From a virus, in the IMG/VR virus record IMGVR_UViG_3300035696_000005, positions 96,001-160,000 of that record: 64,000 bases of DNA. The stretch is one strand, 5' to 3'. Of this stretch, positions 17,557 to 25,972 are shown one piece after another. The position numbers and the translations under genes were made by a program. Under the pieces are notes generated by a model. The model ran no database searches and had not been told where the DNA came from. It worked only from the letters and a program-made list of their open reading frames with translations. Every line of letters starts with the position of its first letter. The first letter of the stretch is position 1.

Positions 17557-17843
17557 TAGAGTCTCCTTGGGGTGACAGTATAATCCAGTTTAAGCCCAGA
17601 AAGCCTTTTAAGTCTCTCTCCTTCCTGAGTTAAAAGATGGATATAGATTAAATCCGGCAAAATGCCCAAAGCTCTCGCCCATGGAACGATTTTTGCCGCA
17701 GGAAAAGGTCGCACCCCATTCTCCACATCCCAGATGTGTTGAGGGGATTGATCAATCTTTTTTCCTAGTTCTAACAGAGTTAAACCTTTGGCTTCTCTCC
17801 CGTCTTTAAGGAGAGATCCAAGGCGTGCGCTGGGTTGAGACAT
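17556..17843 (-). CDS. XRE-family helix-turn-helix protein
   Basis: REAKGLTLLELGKKIDQSPQHIWDVENG. Confidence 0.85.
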   Translation of the reverse strand: MSQPSARLGSLLKDGREAKGLTLLELGKKIDQSPQHIWDVENGVRPFPAAKIVPWARALGILPDLIYIHLLTQEGERLKRLSGLKLDYTVTPRRL

Positions 17844-18103
17844 ACTGAATTTTCCTTTGGTACAAATTTGAGTTCACAAGACTTCTTGAATTCGATCTCT
17901 TCGCCCGGATTATCATCAGCAGCGGTCATATCGAATTCGCCTAAGACCATACCCTCCAGATCCAGCACTAGAATTTCTACGTGCTCGTCTTTTTTCCAGG
18001 GTCCGAAGTCTTGTTTAAAGGTGACATCCGAAAAGTCAGAACCGCCACAATAGGGTGACTGACTACGAAACGAAAATATTTCTGAAAAGCCTTTGGTGGT
18101 CAT
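17780..18103 (-). CDS. Hypothetical protein
   Basis: SD GGAGGGAG; follows TATAAG motif. Confidence 0.6.
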   Translation of the reverse strand: MTTKGFSEIFSFRSQSPYCGGSDFSDVTFKQDFGPWKKDEHVEILVLDLEGMVLGEFDMTAADDNPGEEIEFKKSCELKFVPKENSVCLNPAHALDLSLKTGEKPKV

Positions 18104-18207
18104 AAAACTCCCTCCAGAGATCTTATAACCAGAAAATGGGTAAAAAAGAAAAGCCCCACTCCGTTTCCAGAGTGAGGCTTTTCCAATGTCGGGTCGGGTC
18201 TTCTATC

Positions 18208-18825
18208 TTAGCTGCTGCTGACCCAGTGTCCTGCAGCGGCATCCGTGAGTCTGATCGACTCAGCGGCAGCCCACAGCTGGTACTGAGAGCCAACAGTCAG
18301 AGCATCGATTTGATCCCCTGCTTGAGGATAGATATTCAAAACCGTGGAAGGCGGCTGAATAACGAATTCGATAGATCGCCCGCTTCCAGTTGCTGCCGGA
18401 AGATTGGTGACCTGGTTATCGATGTTCTCAACAATGAATGAGTCAGTCGCCTCAACCATGTAAGGATTAGCTGGGTGATAGACTACGTTCTGGTAGTTGC
18501 CGGGAAGAGGAGCGCCTGGCGGAACAAGGTTATTGCCAGCATCAAAACTCATCAAAGCAATCATTGGTAGCTTCTGTCCGCCTGCCGTAACGAAAAATGG
18601 CGGGCGGGACTTCTCTTCAATGGTGCTCGCAGGGTGAACTTCCACGTGTGCAGCAGAAACGGTCCCAGCGCCCTGAAATGCGGTCAAGGTGTTGCTTGCG
18701 GTCGGGACGACTGCGACTGCAGCAGGAACCTTATTCCCTAATGCGTCGGTGTAATAAGCAACATCATCGTCATCGAGAATAATGTTGTGCGCCGGATTGG
18801 CGACTTCAGATGGGTTAAATGCCAT
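18208..18825 (-). CDS. Possible virion decoration/fibre-like protein
   Basis: Small-residue, beta-rich; C-terminal LPAATGSG...IYPQAGDQI...W module; own promoter and terminator. Confidence 0.45.
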   Translation of the reverse strand: MAFNPSEVANPAHNIILDDDDVAYYTDALGNKVPAAVAVVPTASNTLTAFQGAGTVSAAHVEVHPASTIEEKSRPPFFVTAGGQKLPMIALMSFDAGNNLVPPGAPLPGNYQNVVYHPANPYMVEATDSFIVENIDNQVTNLPAATGSGRSIEFVIQPPSTVLNIYPQAGDQIDALTVGSQYQLWAAAESIRLTDAAAGHWVSSS

Positions 18826-18854
18826 ATGCATACTCCTTATTTTTAGATGATTAG

Positions 18855-18883
18855 AGTATGGATAGTGACGAAGCCTATGTCAA
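18855..18883 (-). promoter_or_regulatory. Sigma70-like promoter
   Basis: TTGACA-N17-CATACT. Confidence 0.7.
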
Positions 18884-18917
18884 CCGGAATTAGATTCCGC
18901 ATAAAAGTGTAGTAAAA

Positions 18918-18995
18918 TGGCGCGCCCGTTCGGACTCGAACCGAAAACTAGCCTTTTTTAGAGAAAGGCTCCTCTACCAATTGAGGTACGGGCGC
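18918..18995 (-). tRNA. tRNA-Sup (CUA), amber suppressor with 6-bp anticodon stem
   Basis: GCGCCCG acceptor, CCTC/GAGG D stem, GCCTTT-CTCTAAA-AAAGGC, TTCGAGT T loop, G73, CCA. Confidence 0.85.
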
Positions 18996-19005
18996 ACCGA
19001 CTACG

Positions 19006-19302
19006 TTACAACAAGGGAAGGTCTTTGACCAGTGTGTCTGCTCCAAGTACTGCTACTGCCGTGAGTTGATTACCAATATCTGGCTCATAAAATGAAGAGT
19101 AAAGCTTCTCACGATATGCAAATAGATCTTGATAGTACTCAAGCTCGTCTTCACTTTTTACTACGAGGAAAACTAAAGTGCCATTATCCCAGCCAGGAGT
19201 TTTACCATACTCCAAGAGAAACTCTGCTACGGCATGCCCAGCCTGAACTGCTTTGTAGCCGGGCGTCTTTAGGTCATCCCGCACTAGCACATACAGTTTC
19301 AT
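19006..19302 (-). CDS. pth2: Peptidyl-tRNA hydrolase, Pth2 family
   Basis: KLYVLVRDDL...GYKAVQAGHA...EPD...TAVAV. Confidence 0.88.
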   Translation of the reverse strand: MKLYVLVRDDLKTPGYKAVQAGHAVAEFLLEYGKTPGWDNGTLVFLVVKSEDELEYYQDLFAYREKLYSSFYEPDIGNQLTAVAVLGADTLVKDLPLL

Positions 19303-19684
19303 GGCAAACCTCTTTGGTTTCCTCTGCAATCAATTGCGTGTAGTGGTTCAAGAGCTCATGGATCTTCTTCTCACTGGGCTTATTGCAGCAATGAGGGTTG
19401 TCCTCACATTTGCCGTACACTGGCTTACACGGAACTCTCTTCTCAATTTGCTCACGAGTCCTACCACGAATCAGACAGTACACGATGTGCCTATGGCGAA
19501 AATCAAAACGGAGCTTAGCAAGCTCAGCTTCAATCGCTCCAAGCTCTTTATTGTGCCAGCTGGTATCGCCGCCCGCCTTAGTAGTAACGCTGACCGCTTG
19601 TCTAAAGATGGGCTTCTTTTGTTTGATCAGATCTGCGGTGAGCTTGAGCTCGTTTTTGAGTTTGAGTAACGTCATCGATTTCAT
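19274..19684 (-). CDS. Conserved phage hypothetical (RHxHIxYxxxRG motif)
   Basis: SD AAGGAG before ATG 19684; FRHRHIVYCLIRGRTREQIE. Confidence 0.7.
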   Translation of the reverse strand: MKSMTLLKLKNELKLTADLIKQKKPIFRQAVSVTTKAGGDTSWHNKELGAIEAELAKLRFDFRHRHIVYCLIRGRTREQIEKRVPCKPVYGKCEDNPHCCNKPSEKKIHELLNHYTQLIAEETKEVCHETVCASAG

Positions 19685-20021
19685 TTTTGTTCTCCTTAGC
19701 CCGAAAAGTAATAATCGCCTCTGAGACCTGCCGGGTGTCATAGTCACAAAGGAGTTCAGCAATTTCTTGATTGAGTGGAACACGAAGTATCCGGTTTTTC
19801 CGGACAGTTGAAAGAGCGTAAAAACCAGTGCTGCTCTTTTCGCCTTGAGAAAGATTTCGCCCAAGCGAAATATCCACCGGCCTGATCTCATAAGAGGGAT
19901 CAAGCTTCGTTAGAATATGCTGGGCAAGGGAGCGACTAAAAGTGATTCGAAAGATGAGCGACCCTTTGCAGATCGCGTATCCTGAGTTTCCAGAACAACC
20001 TAAACAAACCTAATGTTCCAT
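19602..20021 (-). CDS. ORF with in-frame TAG at codon 4 (read-through candidate, 139 aa)
   Basis: AAGGAG SD, ATG GAA CAT TAG, then an open frame continuous with the 19602-19877 ORF. Confidence 0.5.
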
Positions 20022-20562
20022 AAGCTATTTATCTCCTTCATAAAAATATTTGTCAATCGCGCCTCTTATTTAGCTCTGCAACGAGACGTAAGTTTCACCA
20101 GTCTTAGTTTGTTAGTATTTCGATAACAAACTAATACCTGCAAAACCAGTTTGTTTTTCTTGCGTCAAATCCATGCTGCGGCGCGACTGTGGGAATGTGT
20201 GGTCCTATAGCGAAGAAGGTCCGATAGACAATGAAAATTACGGACGAGGGTTCTTATAATAAAAAATGTTTGTAGAGTCAGCGTTATTGCTTAGGGTTGC
20301 ACATTATGCACATTGCGCATAAGGTCAGTTGTAAGCGCCTGTTTTTATTTCTTTTCCTTAGAGCACCGAATGTGTAGAAAAATGTGTAAAAAACGTCAAT
20401 GTGTGGCTACCCCACGCCGCGTTATAAAGCAAATCAATCGATTAAGCTATATTTTGGTTAACAATCAACTAAAGTGCTTTTGACACACTTCTCAGACCCG
20501 CTGTGTTGAATTACACATTGAGGGTATTTCGCGCACACGCCTACACAGTACTAAAATGGTTT

Positions 20563-20811
20563 TTAACGCGTTGCTTCGGAGCTCATCTTCTTGAGCTTGT
20601 GAGCTATCTTCCTAAACCAGCGGTGGTCTTCACCTTGGACCTTTTCCAAGATAGGGCAGAGCGCAAGCGCTGTGATCGCGACGATCTCTTCGGGATCTTC
20701 TGTCTTTTCTAGGTAAAGAAGAAGGGCGCTGGCGATAGCCGCCAAGTTCCCTTCTTCTAAAGCGACACGGTACTCTGGAACGGCAAAGGGCAACTTTTCA
20801 AGGAACTTCAC
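20563..20811 (-). CDS. Hypothetical protein
   Basis: 82-aa ORF following Hsp20. Confidence 0.55.
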   Translation of the reverse strand: MKFLEKLPFAVPEYRVALEEGNLAAIASALLLYLEKTEDPEEIVAITALALCPILEKVQGEDHRWFRKIAHKLKKMSSEATR

Positions 20812-20828
20812 TTTCCCATTTTCTCACC

Positions 20829-21173
20829 TTACTTGATCGGGATCAATCGGGGTCCGGCTATCTTCTGCTTCTTGAATCTGAGTTCCAAAACTCCATCTTC
20901 TAGGTGAGCGTCAATGGAGAGAGGATCTGCGCCCAAAGGGATGTCGAATATCCGCTTCAGTTCTTGGTCTCCCCTTTTTCCAGAAACAGTGATGTTTTCC
21001 CCGTTCACTTCAACTTTCAGATTCTCCTTTTTAATGCCTGGAACTTCGATTTGAAAACTGTAGCCGTCGCCTGTGTCATTATGTGGAACTATTGGAGCAA
21101 AAGGACTTCCCGGTCCAAAGAACTTTTCAGTAGCCTTCCAAAAGTCATCGAAAAAATCGTTATTATGGGACAT
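20829..21173 (-). CDS. Small heat-shock protein (Hsp20)
   Basis: EVPGIKKENLKVEV...ISGKR...IDAHLEDGVLEL; SD GAGGAGG. Confidence 0.92.
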   Translation of the reverse strand: MSHNNDFFDDFWKATEKFFGPGSPFAPIVPHNDTGDGYSFQIEVPGIKKENLKVEVNGENITVSGKRGDQELKRIFDIPLGADPLSIDAHLEDGVLELRFKKQKIAGPRLIPIK

Positions 21174-21204
21174 GGTAGCTTCCTCCTCTTGGTAATTTGA
21201 GTTT

Positions 21205-21432
21205 TCATTCATCGTTGTCAAGCATCGCCTTTTGGTCACGGATACGCAGCACCGGAGCAAACCCATATTTATGTGGTTTGCAGTGTGCGCATCCGCAACC
21301 ATAGTGATCTTTTTTAAGATGTCCAATGTGCTGGGATTTGTTGATTGTCTTCCAACAAGTGGCGCGAAGATCTCTCAATCTTCGCGCCTGCACTCGTTTG
21401 GTTTGTTCTCTTCTCCAGGCTCGATTACGCAT
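21205..21432 (-). CDS. Small basic Cys/His protein
   Basis: MRNRAWRR...CGCAHC. Confidence 0.65.
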   Translation of the reverse strand: MRNRAWRREQTKRVQARRLRDLRATCWKTINKSQHIGHLKKDHYGCGCAHCKPHKYGFAPVLRIRDQKAMLDNDE

Positions 21433-21433
21433 A

Positions 21434-22060
21434 TCAATCCCACATCCAAGGATCAAAGTAATCCTTGCGCTTACCGGTGAAGAGCTTCTCATGATTCCCT
21501 ATGTGAACCATTTGATTCTCATAGTGACGGAAGCACTTGTTGCTTGTTCGCTTAGCCCAGGTGCGTGGTCCCCAGTGACGGCGGCGTCCTCTCGCCTTGT
21601 CGCGATCAATGCCCCTCTCCTTACGCCATTCCTTCTTCTGAAGATACCTCTCAGAACGCACCTTCTTTTCGGTGATGTTCAGAGGGGTTTTGCAGCGGAA
21701 GTGAGCGCCGTTACGAGGATACCAGTCTTCGTACTTGTTACTGGTGTAGCGGCGTTTCTGACGATTCCAGAACGGTGGCTGGTATGGGACTGCGGCGCTG
21801 TGGTTGTAACGCTTTTCGACAGGCTCAATCCAAGCCCAGAACTCATCCATGCTTTTGTGCATGACGTAGTGCGATCTGCCAATACGCCAGATGCGATAAG
21901 CAAGGTGCCAGCAGTGGTAGCGGTCACGGCGGTTTTTACGGTGTGGGTGGCTATCGTGCTTGTCTTGGGAATAGAGCTCGCGAGCCCAGCTGAGGAAATG
22001 AATGTGGTCGCATCCGTCCCATTGACGAACGAATGGCGCGACCGGTTCTTTTTGTAGCAT
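21434..22060 (-). CDS. Basic Arg/Trp-rich hypothetical protein
   Basis: SD AAGGAG; ends PWMWD. Confidence 0.6.
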   Translation of the reverse strand: MLQKEPVAPFVRQWDGCDHIHFLSWARELYSQDKHDSHPHRKNRRDRYHCWHLAYRIWRIGRSHYVMHKSMDEFWAWIEPVEKRYNHSAAVPYQPPFWNRQKRRYTSNKYEDWYPRNGAHFRCKTPLNITEKKVRSERYLQKKEWRKERGIDRDKARGRRRHWGPRTWAKRTSNKCFRHYENQMVHIGNHEKLFTGKRKDYFDPWMWD

Positions 22061-22075
22061 AGATTATAGTCTCCT

Positions 22076-22288
22076 TCACAATCGACCTATAATCATGACC
22101 ATCTCCTTTCGTTTAGGGTTTAGAGTGCAGCCATCCATGGCTGAGAATTCCATCCTTGGTAGGTTCAGTATTCCATAAGAAGGCAAGAATTGCTAGTCGG
22201 CGAGCCAAAATACGCCGTCTTTTTCGCAAAGCCAAACGACTTTCCTTATGCGGGAACCATCTTCATACCACAGGCTGATTTGTTTCAT
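22076..22288 (-). CDS. ORF with in-frame TAG at codon 32 (read-through candidate, 70 aa)
   Basis: ATGA overlap with the upstream stop; final TGA abuts the next SD; MKQISLWYEDGSRIRKVVWLCEKDGVFWLAD*QFLPSYGILNLPRMEFSAMDGCTLNPKRKEMVMIIGRL. Confidence 0.55.
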
Positions 22289-22551
22289 ATTGGCTCTATA
22301 TGTGCTGGTTCATAAGTCTCATGGAAGATATCGGGCTTACAGGCGTAGTACTCACCCTTTACTCCGCAGATGATGTAGTCACCGACAGATACCTTCATTG
22401 CCCCTTCCATGGTGTGGATCTTGAGGTCTTCTCCTTCACGGTAGAGATAGGTGCCCGTGCTAGGAGCGTAACTCGCCCACCCCATGGCTGCTTCCCAATC
22501 CCCCGTGTAGTGGTAGGCTTCAACTTCAACCGGCTTTTTTCTGTATAGCAT
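22285..22551 (-). CDS. Conserved phage protein (YRKKPV...GDYII.GVKGE...CKPDIF..TYE family)
   Basis: Recognisable family motif. Confidence 0.8.
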   Translation of the reverse strand: MLYRKKPVEVEAYHYTGDWEAAMGWASYAPSTGTYLYREGEDLKIHTMEGAMKVSVGDYIICGVKGEYYACKPDIFHETYEPAHIEPI

Positions 22552-22736
22552 TAATCCTCCTTAGCTTGTGCACGCTCGGCATCAGCGTGGCGTAAATTCT
22601 CAGGGCTTATTCCATATACGTGTCCATCGAAATCAACCCGCACGCGCCCATCTTTCCAAAATCCGATAACCGTTCCCACTCGGTCACGACCACAGGTGAA
22701 TCGACAAATTACCACGTCAAATAGTCCAAACATCAC
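22551..22736 (-). CDS. Small SH3-like hypothetical
   Basis: VGTVIG...VRVDFDG; tiling. Confidence 0.5.
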   Translation of the reverse strand: MMFGLFDVVICRFTCGRDRVGTVIGFWKDGRVRVDFDGHVYGISPENLRHADAERAQAKED

Positions 22737-23093
22737 TCGCCCCCTTTTGCCTGCTGGGCAGTGGTGTTTACCATCGGTAATTCATGTCATCGTACAGTTT
22801 TCGTTCTTCATCTTGCTGGCGCTCATACTCGGCACCGAATTTTCGCCATTCAAACCACCATTCTTTTAACTTAGCCCACATCAACAACCTCCGGGGTTTG
22901 GCATACTGGTCCACACTCAATATCATCATCCGGCGCATCTGCGTCCGGCGGCAATTCATCGAGAAAGATTCGCACGCCTTTGACCCGCACTAGGCGCACG
23001 CCGAGAAGTCTGCTCTGTCTTGCCCGACGCTCAAAAACTTCGTCCCTAGTCTCTTCAACAACCTTATGTTTTTCTCCGCCTCTAAAAACAAAC

Positions 23094-23345
23094 TTATCCA
23101 TCCTTGCTCCCCTTGGACTGTTGGGCATCCGTGCCGCTATCCGGTCGAGCGTAAAAGCGTTTCACATCGCACATAGTTCTTACAAAGGGTGAAATGGTGA
23201 AACTATCTAGCTGGTTGATCTCGGCTAGAAAATCATAAGCATCTGCCTGTGTTCCGGTGAACTGCGCAGCTTTTTTGCGCCAGCTTTCGTCAAGTTGACC
23301 GGTGGGTGCAGAAACCAACATAGCTACCATCTTTACAAAATCCAT
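23094..23345 (-). CDS. Hypothetical protein
   Basis: SD AAGGAG. Confidence 0.6.
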   Translation of the reverse strand: MDFVKMVAMLVSAPTGQLDESWRKKAAQFTGTQADAYDFLAEINQLDSFTISPFVRTMCDVKRFYARPDSGTDAQQSKGSKDG

Positions 23346-23347
23346 AG

Positions 23348-23569
23348 TTACTCCTTCTTGACAGTGCGAACGTAGTTATGTGAGCCATCCCAATGAACCA
23401 CAACGCCGCCGCCACCTGTCCCGCCGTAGTAAACCCAAGCCACCATTTCCATACCCACTCCTTCACTTAATCGTTTGTCACACAAGTAGTCGTGTCTTCT
23501 TTCTTTAGTAGGGCATCGATCTCCTTTTTGGTGCAAAAGTAGTACTGAATCAATAACCCGTCCGGACAC
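23348..23569 (-). CDS. Hypothetical protein
   Basis: Tiling ORF. Confidence 0.5.
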   Translation of the reverse strand: MSGRVIDSVLLLHQKGDRCPTKERRHDYLCDKRLSEGVGMEMVAWVYYGGTGGGGVVVHWDGSHNYVRTVKKE

Positions 23570-23606
23570 CCAAATTCGCGAAGTTCTTCGAAGGTGTAGC
23601 TATCCA

Positions 23607-24638
23607 TCAGTTATAATTCTCCCCATGTTCTTTATAGACAGCTCCCGTAAACGCCATCACTTCTTCTCCATAGTGGTGGCAGATCAGTTTATTGCACCAT
23701 TCCAGATCCGGCGTTTCGTGGAGAGTTGACTTAAGCCTAGCCTCTTCGAGTTCCACCAATCCTTGCTCGATCTTTTCAAAGATCTCCTTGGAGTGGATCT
23801 CTTTGTTTCTGATCTTAAGCAAATATTCTGCATCAGGTCTTGGGAAAGTGATCCTTCCAGTCAATAGAAGCTCCTTAGCTTGAGAAGCAACACGGATTGC
23901 GTGCATGCAGGCTTTAAAATCAATACCCTCATTCTTTTCCGCCTGGAGAGCGCGTTCTCCGTATTCGTCCACCCACTTAGCCGCCATCGTAAGTGCAAGA
24001 GGGAGTTTCGTGCTGAAAGGAATCATCTTTCCGCAGACATCGAGGTGTTTGATCATTTGGGTAGAAGGCATTAGATCCATCTTTCGGGTCTTTTGTTCCA
24101 CTTCAACGATCTTAATGAAAGTGTTTTCGAGTGCCCTTGTAGCCCAAAGTGATTCCATGTCCCCAACAGTATGTGGCGTTCCGCTGGCTGCAAGAAGGTC
24201 ATCTCGAACAATACGAAACGCCGCTACCCGCGATCCTTTGATCCCGTATTTGTCCGCCTGCCCTTTGCAGTACTCAGCAAACTTAGCCGTTCCTTTGTGG
24301 ATGAACTTTTGTTTGTTGAACCGAATTTCTACCCACCAGCCCGGGACATGTTGGCTGGTGTAGAATTTTGCTGGTGTGAACAGCATATCAAGCGCCATCG
24401 TATCCCCAGCCAAAAGAAGACCCATATACTTCTTAAGTGAGTAGAAGTCGCGGTCTGTATCGTTTTTCGTGTTCTTGGCGTGCTCATCTTCCTTCGTATG
24501 GGTCCGGTAAGCATCGACTACCCTCTGAAGAAGGATGTCTTCAGCTTTGGGGATGAAAACAGTTTTGTAATCAGTGTCGCTTTCCGTGGTATTGGTTCCG
24601 TAAACGTGGCTCCCAAACTGCATTGTGATTTCGTCCAT
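23607..24638 (-). CDS. Nucleotidyltransferase (Pol beta superfamily)
   Basis: FGSHVYGTNTTESDTDYKTVF (GS...DxD). Confidence 0.85.
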   Translation of the reverse strand: MDEITMQFGSHVYGTNTTESDTDYKTVFIPKAEDILLQRVVDAYRTHTKEDEHAKNTKNDTDRDFYSLKKYMGLLLAGDTMALDMLFTPAKFYTSQHVPGWWVEIRFNKQKFIHKGTAKFAEYCKGQADKYGIKGSRVAAFRIVRDDLLAASGTPHTVGDMESLWATRALENTFIKIVEVEQKTRKMDLMPSTQMIKHLDVCGKMIPFSTKLPLALTMAAKWVDEYGERALQAEKNEGIDFKACMHAIRVASQAKELLLTGRITFPRPDAEYLLKIRNKEIHSKEIFEKIEQGLVELEEARLKSTLHETPDLEWCNKLICHHYGEEVMAFTGAVYKEHGENYN

Positions 24639-24895
24639 TAATCCTCCCAGTCTTCTGCGTCTGCGTCGTAAACGTTGCCGTTACCATCATCAAGGTAGGT
24701 GAGAGCACCATGTTCATAGTGGACCTCTCCGGTGCCAATTTGTGGTTGAACGCCGTGGAGATCGCCACGCAAATTCCTATTTCCGAATTCCCTTTTCACT
24801 GGAACGCCCTCGTCATAGCCACAGCAAATCAATCTTCCATCTACCGGTTTGACTTCTTTTCCACAAGTTTTACACCCAAAGCGTGGGTTTGACAT
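24638..24895 (-). CDS. Small Zn-ribbon hypothetical
   Basis: CKTC...CC; SD AAGGAG. Confidence 0.6.
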   Translation of the reverse strand: MSNPRFGCKTCGKEVKPVDGRLICCGYDEGVPVKREFGNRNLRGDLHGVQPQIGTGEVHYEHGALTYLDDGNGNVYDADAEDWED

Positions 24896-25017
24896 AGTGA
24901 TTCTCCTTGAAGAAACGGCGGCTCGGAGTAGGTGTTCTTCAGTCCCCGCCGAACCGCCGCCTTTTGCTCGTGCTTTAGAAGTTTAAAGAAGCTTGTTCTT
25001 TATCCTACCGAGCAAAC

Positions 25018-25161
25018 TTAGTAATAGAATACGTGAAAGAGCCTTTTTCCCTTCCTCCGAATGTCGACGACCTTTAGGAGCTTGAAGCCCTCGTTGCGGA
25101 CTCGCTCCAAAACTTCGTCGTACATATCCTCGTAAGCCACGATCATTTTGACTTGATTCAT
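25018..25161 (-). CDS. 47-aa hypothetical (not in track)
   Basis: ATGA overlap; MNQVKMIVAYEDMYDEVLERVRNEG... Confidence 0.55.
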   Translation of the reverse strand: MNQVKMIVAYEDMYDEVLERVRNEGFKLLKVVDIRRKGKRLFHVFYY

Positions 25162-25448
25162 GATTTTATTCCTTTCAATTGTTGGTTTTCCTTCAGCAGT
25201 ACTTGAATCTTTTTATCTAAATTGATCACGGTTGCAATCAGGATATTTTCAAAATCATCGGGATCAAGTAGCCCAGTATACTGGTCATCTTCCACAAGCA
25301 TGTCAAAGAATTCTTCCCTGCTGAGCGGTGCTATCTCCCCGAGAAGCACTCCTTCACTCATGAAGTCCATATCTGCAAGTGCTTGCTCTTGGCAGTCGCA
25401 AGCCTCTCCTGGTTCCAACCCGTATGCTCCACAGTTTTCACAGTTCAT
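25158..25448 (-). CDS. Hypothetical with N-terminal CxxC
   Basis: SD GAGG; MNCENCG...CDC. Confidence 0.6.
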   Translation of the reverse strand: MNCENCGAYGLEPGEACDCQEQALADMDFMSEGVLLGEIAPLSREEFFDMLVEDDQYTGLLDPDDFENILIATVINLDKKIQVLLKENQQLKGIKS

Positions 25449-25451
25449 AGA

Positions 25452-25625
25452 TTATTCCTCGCAGCACAAATCATTGTCAGTGCCATGATAGTAGTGGTCC
25501 CCGTATCCGCAGCTTATGACTGAGGGGACATAGCGGCAGTAGGGTTTAGCTTTAATCTCACCACCTCCGATCGATAAAGCGCATCCGGTAAGAGAAGTTA
25601 TGCTTAATATCAGTAACAGCTTCAT
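25452..25625 (-). CDS. 57-aa predicted lipoprotein (not in track)
   Basis: GGAGG SD; MKLLLILSITSLTG-C lipobox. Confidence 0.6.
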   Translation of the reverse strand: MKLLLILSITSLTGCALSIGGGEIKAKPYCRYVPSVISCGYGDHYYHGTDNDLCCEE

Positions 25626-25669
25626 TGTGCCTCCTTGCTAAATTAGGTACATTGCCTCAAAATTTTAAG

Positions 25670-25972
25670 ATGAGGGTGTTCTTTTTATTGATGCTCCTAG
25701 CCATTTCCGCCCAGGCTTTCGATCGAGACAGCTTCTGTAAGGGCGTTTGTCACGATCGGTATCACGACGGAATGGCTACCTCTGACCAAAGTAATCTTGC
25801 TGAAAACGAGGTGCGTTGTTTCTGCGGTGATTACCGCGTTATTACTTTGGGAAGACAGCTTCCGGTTCCTCATAGGAAAAACCAAAATCCCTCTGAACCT
25901 ACTGTTTATTACGGGGTCGACGAAATGCACTATGCTCCCGCCGACCCTCCTTCTGTCAATGTTACTTTTTAG
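25670..25972 (+). CDS. Small secreted Cys-rich protein
   Basis: Signal-peptide-like MRVFFLLMLLAISAQA; four Cys. Confidence 0.5.
   Translation: MRVFFLLMLLAISAQAFDRDSFCKGVCHDRYHDGMATSDQSNLAENEVRCFCGDYRVITLGRQLPVPHRKNQNPSEPTVYYGVDEMHYAPADPPSVNVTF

Noticed and set aside
18918-18995. True tRNA-Pyl
   Set aside because: It has D-loop GG, a TTC T loop, a 2-nt linker and a 5-nt variable loop, unlike tRNA-Pyl; no pyl genes are in the window.
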